Origin: a virus
Lineage: Duplodnaviria > Caudoviricetes
DNA length: 50,922 nt
Direction: 5' to 3' (one strand)
IMG/VR virus record: IMGVR_UViG_3300025508_000027
Coordinates: 1-50,922 of that record
The notes beneath the pieces were generated by a model that searched no databases, was not told the DNA's origin, and was given only the letters and a program-made list of their open reading frames with translations. This document shows positions 45,183-50,922 of the stretch, one piece after another. The translations under genes were made by a program, and so were the position numbers. Position 1 is the stretch's first letter. Every line of letters starts with the position of its first letter.

Positions 45183-45766
45183 TAATCTTCTTTGTAAAGC
45201 AAGTCCTCAACCCTGGTTCTGTAGTATTCCTTTCCGTCAATAGTAATTCTGTAGTCTCGGTTTTCTTTAAACCCAACCACATCACCAACGGAAAGACCTA
45301 TCTCTTCAATACCAGAAGACGAAAACGCGACCCTACCTCTTGTTGGTAGCTTCTCGCTAAGCTTGACAACCTCGATAAGGTTCGATTCTTGAATCTCTTC
45401 TTCTTCGATAGCCTCAAGAAGACTCCAACCCGCAAGAGGGTGGACATCACCAGTACTGCTATCTTTAAAAGCAATAGCTTGATTATTGATAGCATGATCT
45501 TCATCATATCTGACAAGGTAGTGATTGTCATCACCAGTAAGTGGCTGGCCTTCATTGATAACCACGAGGTGATGGAAGTAAAGCGTGTCGCCAGGCTTGA
45601 CCCCAGTCTCGTACTTAAACGGGACAGCCACGACAGGGCCTTCTGTAATTCTATTTTCAAATTCATTAAATCTATTGTCTACGTATAATTCCAATCCGCC
45701 ACTCGTTGTGATGGTGTCGTCTATAGTCTTTTCTAGCTCGACTACGAATAAGTTAAAGGTCTTCAT
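45182..45766 (-). CDS. GroES-like co-chaperonin with two tandem domains
   Basis: TTSGGL...G.VVAVP...VKPGD.LYF and PLAGW.LL...RGRV...LSVGDVV.F......ITIDGKEY...R.EDLL. Confidence 0.75.
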   Translation of the reverse strand: MKTFNLFVVELEKTIDDTITTSGGLELYVDNRFNEFENRITEGPVVAVPFKYETGVKPGDTLYFHHLVVINEGQPLTGDDNHYLVRYDEDHAINNQAIAFKDSSTGDVHPLAGWSLLEAIEEEEIQESNLIEVVKLSEKLPTRGRVAFSSSGIEEIGLSVGDVVGFKENRDYRITIDGKEYYRTRVEDLLYKED

Positions 45767-45769
45767 TCA

Positions 45770-46006
45770 TTAAAAATTTAAATCAAATTCAAGAACACAG
45801 GGCATTTCGTCTACCGCCTTCCACAGCATGGTACCTTCATCGTTTTCAATGTATATAAGATATCGCTGCTTTCCAAACTTGTGTAGGTGTCTTTCATCTT
45901 CAACGATGGCAGATACCTCTCCAGATCCCGCTCTCATGCCTACGTAATAAGCCATGCCGTTTTTAGGGTCTCTTCCGACCACAATCTTTCTAATAAGACC
46001 TTCCAT
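45770..46006 (-). CDS. Hypothetical protein (78 aa)
   Basis: Tightly packed in the operon; IRKI.VG.D.K..M.Y.VG...LWK...MP..LEFDL.F. Confidence 0.7.
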   Translation of the reverse strand: MEGLIRKIVVGRDPKNGMAYYVGMRAGSGEVSAIVEDERHLHKFGKQRYLIYIENDEGTMLWKAVDEMPCVLEFDLNF

Positions 46007-46007
46007 G

Positions 46008-46304
46008 TCAGTTTAGGGATATGCCTAATCCACCAAGGAGATCATCTAATGAGTCGTCTTCCTGATAGGCGGTGTCCATGACTTCCTTTACGGTTTCAAG
46101 TTCTTCCCTACTATCCAGGTTAAAGCTGTACATTGTTTTCATTTCGGCGACTTCTTCACCATTATCAACAGCGTCTATGTCTATAACGCCAACAACTATA
46201 GCGGCTAGGGTGCGATCCTTCATTTCGAACTCATCAATTGTTTCCTCCATTTTTTTGACGAGAGAATACATTTCGGCAAAGAAGAGGGTATTTTTAGCGT
46301 CCAT
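46008..46304 (-). CDS. Hypothetical acidic protein (98 aa)
   Basis: First gene after the promoter at 46324. Confidence 0.7.
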   Translation of the reverse strand: MDAKNTLFFAEMYSLVKKMEETIDEFEMKDRTLAAIVVGVIDIDAVDNGEEVAEMKTMYSFNLDSREELETVKEVMDTAYQEDDSLDDLLGGLGISLN

Positions 46305-46323
46305 GATTTAAATTTGTTTAAGT

Positions 46324-46331
46324 CAAATATA
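46324..46331 (-). promoter_or_regulatory. -7 promoter box TATATTTG for the packaging operon
   Basis: Lies in the 36-nt divergent gap 46305-46340. Confidence 0.65.
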
Positions 46332-46340
46332 CGAATTAAT

Positions 46341-46757
46341 ATGCCTAAGTCTCAAGTTAAGAAAACGAGGATGTTCAGGGACTTCTCAAAAATGCCCTCT
46401 AGATTCATAAAAAATAACTATTTAAAAAACCTTAAGAGCGCCACAGAAGAGTTTGTTGACGGCAGCGAGATCACAAAGAGTTACTTATACTTTATGCTGT
46501 TCGTTTACGAGTTGGAGTTCTTTACTATATCGTGGGTGGCAGGGGAATATGGGATGAATAAAAAGAACCTAGCTGACAGGATGATATATCCGCTAGTGTC
46601 TTTAGGGTATCTATACAAACACTTTGATAAGCTTACGCCGTCTCAAACCCTAGAAGATCACCTATTCCGAGATGAGACTAAATTTAACTACCGTGTGAGA
46701 TATGCGCTGTCTCAGAAAGGCAGAATGGCGGTACAGCGTTTTTACAACACCTTATAG
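46341..46757 (+). CDS. Putative winged-helix DNA-binding protein
   Basis: FMLFVY....FT...VA......KKNL...I.PLV..GYL...Y.LSQKGR MarR-like pattern; ATG at 46341. Confidence 0.6.
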   Translation: MPKSQVKKTRMFRDFSKMPSRFIKNNYLKNLKSATEEFVDGSEITKSYLYFMLFVYELEFFTISWVAGEYGMNKKNLADRMIYPLVSLGYLYKHFDKLTPSQTLEDHLFRDETKFNYRVRYALSQKGRMAVQRFYNTL

Positions 46758-47203
46758 TAAGCTCCCTTACTGTCTCTGTAGGCTCGCTTGATCTGCTTCC
46801 TGTTCTTTCCGCTTTCTTTAAATGACACATGAACCCAGGCGGGGTTCTCGTCATCCCCGAACTCCCATATCATCTGGTCCCACTCTAGGTTCTTCTTGAT
46901 GAAGTCGAATATCTCTGAGTTAGTGACCTTCCCGTACATATCGGCGTCTATATCAATAGCTTCCCCGATCATATGCTGAGAGTATTTACTCCCCCCTATC
47001 GCCTTGTTTAGCTCTTTTGACCTGAATCCAGAGGTAACCCCAATGGGTACACCGAAGTGATCGCGTACTGGTTGAAAGATATGGTCTGCTACAGCCTGGA
47101 GGTTATTGATTGCCCATTGGTCAGGGGTGTTGTTTATCCCCTTTCTGGTCGCGGTATTGGATTTCACCACCTCCCTTAGTGTAAGGTTTTTGCTTAATTT
47201 CAT
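46742..47203 (-). CDS. Peptidase M15 family endolysin
   Basis: LSKNLTL.E..KS.TA, QP.RD.FG.PI.VTSGFRS..LN.AIGGS..SQH..GEA.D, WVHVS. Confidence 0.88.
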   Translation of the reverse strand: MKLSKNLTLREVVKSNTATRKGINNTPDQWAINNLQAVADHIFQPVRDHFGVPIGVTSGFRSKELNKAIGGSKYSQHMIGEAIDIDADMYGKVTNSEIFDFIKKNLEWDQMIWEFGDDENPAWVHVSFKESGKNRKQIKRAYRDSKGAYYKVL

Positions 47204-47284
47204 TTTTCTGAGCCACCCAAGACGGGTTGATTCTTTTGATTCGAGGGTTGTGATAATATTTCTTCAATCTATGATTGAATATAG

Positions 47285-47292
47285 CAAAGTTA
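47285..47292 (-). promoter_or_regulatory. -7 promoter box TAACTTTG upstream of the endolysin
   Basis: Matches TAnnTTTG in the divergent intergenic region. Confidence 0.55.
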
Positions 47293-47379
47293 GAAAAAAA
47301 ATTTGTGAGATCGAAAAGTTTGTCTTACCTTGAGATCAGCAAACCGAATTTACGAAACAATTTAAAACAGTTATTTGCT

Positions 47380-47781
47380 ATGAAAAATTCAATTTTAATC
47401 CTTTGCCTGTTATTTGCAGGTGTAACATTTGGTCAATCCGACCTCTCTTACGAACAGCCTTTACGTGCATTTAATTGCAAGGCAGATTCCATTGTAATCT
47501 ATAAGGTGTCTGAAGCTGTTTACAATGCTCCTTTCCGATTCCTTCGGGTTATGCAGATCCGTCAGCTAGAGGTGTTTGGCCGAGACAACGTTGTTGGCGT
47601 AGCACACGACAATAAGGTAAAGCAGGTGTTTGACGAGTTTGGTGTTTACGCTATCGAGACGTTTGAAGATGGTGAAGCGTCGTCACCCACATTCATCCAA
47701 GTAGACAAGCGGTGGAACGACACCTACTCCCGAACCTTAAGGGTGGGACACGATGACATCTACTACTACTACATTCAATAA
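47380..47781 (+). CDS. Secreted/periplasmic hypothetical protein (moron-like)
   Basis: Signal peptide MKNSILILCLLFAGVTFG/Q from the ATG at 47380; opposite strand to its neighbours; has its own terminator. Confidence 0.7.
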   Translation: MKNSILILCLLFAGVTFGQSDLSYEQPLRAFNCKADSIVIYKVSEAVYNAPFRFLRVMQIRQLEVFGRDNVVGVAHDNKVKQVFDEFGVYAIETFEDGEASSPTFIQVDKRWNDTYSRTLRVGHDDIYYYYIQ

Positions 47782-47805
47782 AAAAGGGGCTCGCGCCCCT
47801 TTTTT
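47780..47805. terminator. Bidirectional intrinsic terminator
   Basis: AAAAAA-GGGGC-TCGC-GCCCC-TTTTTT between convergent genes. Confidence 0.9.
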
Positions 47806-47818
47806 ATCTTCTTTGGTT

Positions 47819-48409
47819 TCAACGTTTACCGCGATTCGCCCTAGATTTATTTATAGCTTCGTTTATAGCTCTTCGTCGGCCAGCCGCTTGGCGACCCTTT
47901 CCTGACCTTTTTGTAAGTGTTGGAAGCTCACCTAGCACCCGACGGGCTCTTGGCTTTTTTGTTCCGCGAGCTGGTTCAGTTCTTTTCTTTTCTGGTCGAG
48001 CTTTAGCCGTCACCTTCTTCTGACCACGGTACTTGTCTAGCAGTTTCGATGCCTTAAGCGCCTTCTCAGAAGCTTTCTGATTTCCAGCATCTTTTTGGCT
48101 AACAGCTTTTGATTCAGCACCCCCTACAGTGTACGCTTCATCTCTCGTCATGCCAGCTTTTTTGGCGACGCGCTCAAGGCGGCGGCCCCTTCTTTTTACC
48201 TGACCTTCTCTTAAAGACTCTGAGCCCACGGGATCGCTGTAAACCGTTCCTCTTTTTCCCGTTCTTTTGGACTGCTCTAGGGCTGCTCGTTTTGCTTTAG
48301 CGATCGCTTCTTTTCGCTTAGCTCTCTTAGTCTGCCCTCTGTACTCTTCGGGTTTTCTAACCTTACCGCCCTCATCCATGGAGGCGTATATTGTTTTCTT
48401 TGCTTTCAT
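47819..48409 (-). CDS. Highly basic Lys/Arg-rich protein (196 aa), putative DNA-binding core protein
   Basis: Composition; N-terminus MKAKK...MDEGGK. Confidence 0.65.
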   Translation of the reverse strand: MKAKKTIYASMDEGGKVRKPEEYRGQTKRAKRKEAIAKAKRAALEQSKRTGKRGTVYSDPVGSESLREGQVKRRGRRLERVAKKAGMTRDEAYTVGGAESKAVSQKDAGNQKASEKALKASKLLDKYRGQKKVTAKARPEKKRTEPARGTKKPRARRVLGELPTLTKRSGKGRQAAGRRRAINEAINKSRANRGKR

Positions 48410-48413
48410 AATA

Positions 48414-48896
48414 TTAGCTTGCTATAAATACTTCTAACTGTGTTGTGGTTGATTCGCTGTTAATTGCCAAGATACTCTCTAAATGAACTAAAGTTGTAAT
48501 CGGCGTAGCAGAGTCGTCAGCAACAGCGATATAATCCGCAGAACCGCACAATATAAAGCTCTTACCAGGAGAAAGCAATACGCTTGCCGAATTACCAGCC
48601 GCGTTTGTACCGTCAGCAGCGATCTGAAGAGAAAGAGTGACGTTATTGCTAGCGTCCAAGTTGGTAACCCTTATGTACTTAGCGTCTCCATCGTCAATGG
48701 CGCCGTCATTAGTGCTAACAAGATCTCTAAATACAGCAACGGTAGTCTCTGTAGTGCCAGATCCACCATTAGCTGGTAGTGTTACAATTCTGTTGAATGA
48801 TTGAGTTACGCTTGCTATAGAGGTGATGTTCTCGCTACCACGGTTTGATCCGTTTAGCGTGAGCTCTTCTTTAATCGTTACAGTGAGTACAGCCAT
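48414..48896 (-). CDS. Putative structural protein (160 aa)
   Basis: LTVTIKEELTLNG...KYIRVTNLD..N...L.PG.SF...LEVFIAS; beta-rich. Confidence 0.65.
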   Translation of the reverse strand: MAVLTVTIKEELTLNGSNRGSENITSIASVTQSFNRIVTLPANGGSGTTETTVAVFRDLVSTNDGAIDDGDAKYIRVTNLDASNNVTLSLQIAADGTNAAGNSASVLLSPGKSFILCGSADYIAVADDSATPITTLVHLESILAINSESTTTQLEVFIAS

Positions 48897-48925
48897 TGCT
48901 TACGGTTTTCTTAGCTTTCATAAAG

Positions 48926-48933
48926 CAAATATA
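48926..48933 (-). promoter_or_regulatory. -7 promoter box TATATTTG, 4 nt before the ATG of a mini-ORF
   Basis: Intergenic match. Confidence 0.65.
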
Positions 48934-48939
48934 AGTTAT

Positions 48940-49995
48940 TTATTTTTTGTTATTTTTTGATCGGCGTAGCTGCAATGGAGTCTTGTAGTTATCGACAAGG
49001 TAATCGTAGTCCCTTTTAACGCCAGTCTCAGCATCCATTTTTTTCAACCCTTCAATCGTTGTTGCGTTTAGGTTGCCGCCAGAAACCTGCAAGACAACTA
49101 GTAAGTTAAGGTCAGGCTGTTCCATATCCTCAACCTTGTCTGTTTCAAGCAGGTTTTGTTTGCTTATGTGCTTGACAGTTCTTTCTCTTGTTTGACCGAG
49201 ATAAGACATAGCAGCCATCTGTGCAATATCTTGGTTCTCTAGTATCAAGTCTGGGTTTTCTGCAAGTACGTTTGGGTCACCGTATAGATCCTTTGATATC
49301 TTTCTGTACATCGGCTCGTTGGTTATCTGGAGATATCCCCTGCCTCTGTATTTATAACCCCCTCTATCCCCATACATAGCGTCACCGAGCTTTTCTGGTT
49401 GGCGGCCATAATCTCTTCCTACTGACAATGTATCTAAAACGGAGGATCCAGAAGCGGTTTTCTCGCCAGTACCATATCCAAGCTTGTCTAAACTTTTGGG
49501 AAAGACCTCTGTTAACCGCTTACCGTCGTCAGAGTAACTCATGTTTTCAACAACATCGTAACCTGCTTTCCCTAGACCAGCACCGCCAGTCTCTTTAAAT
49601 ATGGCTGCATTTATCGCTTCCCTATACCCTGGGCCTAGATCGTCTAACTCTCTATTGAACCTCTTAGTCCTTGACTCCTCTATAATCCTGCGAAGAGGGC
49701 GTTTCGTTTTAGAGTATTTGCCTTTTGGTTCTGGAAACAAGCCCAAAAAAGGCATTGTTTTTTCTTCAGCCACCTCAGCAGTAGGAAGCATCGTAACATC
49801 ACCGACAGGCTCATCGGAGGGATTAGACTTTACGGGAGTCATAGGTGCAGGTTCCTCTTCTTTGGATCTGAATCTGTCTATCAATCGCCTTAACAATCCT
49901 TTTTTGTTCTCTTCGGTTAAATCACCCCCTTCTGAGTACACTTTAGGGTTCTTCTTCACAACCATACCCTTGTTAGCTGCTTTTGTGGATTTCAT
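48940..49995 (-). CDS. GH19 (chitinase/lysozyme-like) muramidase with a long N-terminal extension
   Basis: I.KETGG...ENMSYS, P..L....YG, GYKYRGRGYLQIT....Y, L.ENPDL. Confidence 0.8.
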   Translation of the reverse strand: MKSTKAANKGMVVKKNPKVYSEGGDLTEENKKGLLRRLIDRFRSKEEEPAPMTPVKSNPSDEPVGDVTMLPTAEVAEEKTMPFLGLFPEPKGKYSKTKRPLRRIIEESRTKRFNRELDDLGPGYREAINAAIFKETGGAGLGKAGYDVVENMSYSDDGKRLTEVFPKSLDKLGYGTGEKTASGSSVLDTLSVGRDYGRQPEKLGDAMYGDRGGYKYRGRGYLQITNEPMYRKISKDLYGDPNVLAENPDLILENQDIAQMAAMSYLGQTRERTVKHISKQNLLETDKVEDMEQPDLNLLVVLQVSGGNLNATTIEGLKKMDAETGVKRDYDYLVDNYKTPLQLRRSKNNKK

Positions 49996-50009
49996 AACAT
50001 GAATTTAAG

Positions 50010-50252
50010 TTATTTTTTGCCGCCGCGAGCCCTTCGATCACCAGCAGAGTCAACCTTACTTCCTCTATTAGAAGCAGCACTCTTAAACCCTACGATCTTC
50101 CCGCCCTTATGATAGGCATCAAGGCTGTCCCCATTCCCATAGGTTCCTTTCTCTCGGTTGTACTGGTTGAGCTCAGCCCGTTTCTTCTTTGCTCTGCCGC
50201 CAGAACCAAACTTCTTGTACTCCTCTTTGTAGTTACGCTTCTTAACTCTCAT
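50010..50252 (-). CDS. Small basic protein, degenerate HNH-like
   Basis: RNYK.EY...KKRAELN..NR...GDSLDAYH......SNRG. Confidence 0.55.
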   Translation of the reverse strand: MRVKKRNYKEEYKKFGSGGRAKKKRAELNQYNREKGTYGNGDSLDAYHKGGKIVGFKSAASNRGSKVDSAGDRRARGGKK

Positions 50253-50713
50253 TCCATTCTGTCTGAAATAAAACCAGGAACCACATCAGGACTTTTCAGC
50301 TGCTTTTTCATAAACCTTAAAGCTGTTTCAGAAGCACCTCTTACAAGCTTAGCTCCTTTGGGTAACTTACCAATCGCGGGGACTGCACCGAAGACATCTA
50401 AAAACTCATCCATAGTAGGTACGTATTTACCTGTGTTCTTTACTCTCGCTGTATAAGAATCATATGCTCTAGAAGCATCATCCCAAGATGATATTCCTGT
50501 AGGGTCTAAAACCTCAATTATGTCTTCAAGTAAACTGTCTGATCGCGTTTCAGCCTTAATAGTCCCCTCCCTATCTTCGTAAGACGGAGCTAAAGAAGGA
50601 TATGCAACAGCCTCTGGGGGGTCATCAGAAGATGGTGCAGCATCCATTAGCCTCTCTAAGAGTACCTCTAGCCTAGGATCGGGCTTTCTTTTATCGTATT
50701 TCTTGACTCTCAT
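50249..50713 (-). CDS. Hypothetical protein with a DPTG / pre-toxin-TG-like helical hairpin
   Basis: EVLDPTGISSW.D...LDVFGAVPAIGK...GAK. Confidence 0.6.
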   Translation of the reverse strand: MRVKKYDKRKPDPRLEVLLERLMDAAPSSDDPPEAVAYPSLAPSYEDREGTIKAETRSDSLLEDIIEVLDPTGISSWDDASRAYDSYTARVKNTGKYVPTMDEFLDVFGAVPAIGKLPKGAKLVRGASETALRFMKKQLKSPDVVPGFISDRME

Positions 50714-50717
50714 ACTG

Positions 50718-50725
50718 CAAATATA
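50718..50725 (-). promoter_or_regulatory. -7 promoter box TATATTTG, 4 nt before ATG
   Basis: Intergenic match. Confidence 0.7.
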
Positions 50726-50922
50726 ATGAAGATAGTTTTTGCGCCTTTACAACTTAATTAGTTTGATTGACGCTACGTAGCTTCTGTTTTATTACTTTCA
50801 TAAGTAATCCTAAAGACAGCTTCGTAGGTTTAAAACATCTATGAAGCTTTATCGCTGAATAGCTTTGGCGAAGTTACAACTTTTTTCTTACAAAGTCAAG
50901 TCAGCAATATACTTTAATGAAA

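Noticed and set aside
47275-47379. 35-aa N-terminal extension of the exported protein given in the ORF track
   Set aside because: The signal peptide begins at the ATG at 47380, and the upstream part overlaps promoter-like sequence.
1-50922. Stop-codon reassignment as in some crAss-like phages
   Set aside because: Genes are full length in the standard code, TAG and TGA both end genes at sensible places, and no suppressor tRNA is present.
1-50922. CRISPR array, integrase/att site, introns or inteins
   Set aside because: No regularly spaced repeats and no integrase. TerL, NrdJ and the helicase have normal lengths without intein or homing-endonuclease motifs.

Overview
The window is about 51 kb of a tailed dsDNA phage genome with a crAss-like, podovirus-type virion module. 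It most likely infects an aquatic Bacteroidota (Flavobacteriales-type) host: TAnnTTTG promoter boxes, no Shine-Dalgarno motifs, and signal peptides followed by Gln. Positions 1-5669 (+) hold the end of the replication block: an SSB-like tail, DUF3310-like protein, primase-helicase, T7 endonuclease I-like resolvase, PD-(D/E)XK nuclease and class II ribonucleotide reductase. Nearly everything else is a convergent (-) late region. Read from the right it contains basic putative core proteins, a GH19 muramidase, M15 endolysin, tandem GroES, tRNA-Ile2 and tRNA-Arg, TerL, portal, collagen fibre, LamG/pentraxin lectins, scaffold, major capsid, decoration proteins, ring proteins, a split muzzle protein, three putative ejection proteins (CHAP-bearing and LPD38-type), two holin-like genes and a secreted M43 metalloprotease. 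The most unusual signal is a possible dockerin-based module. Dockerin-like Ca2+ loops occur both on a signal-peptide M43 protease coupled to the holins and on an Ig plus 3x dockerin-like extension at the point where the muzzle gene is split. Other highlights are a CRP/SAP-like pentraxin, a shared basic N-terminus/xxGG motif on many late proteins, and promoter boxes exactly 4 nt before ATG, suggesting leaderless mRNAs. All family calls come from motif recognition by eye; no searches were run.
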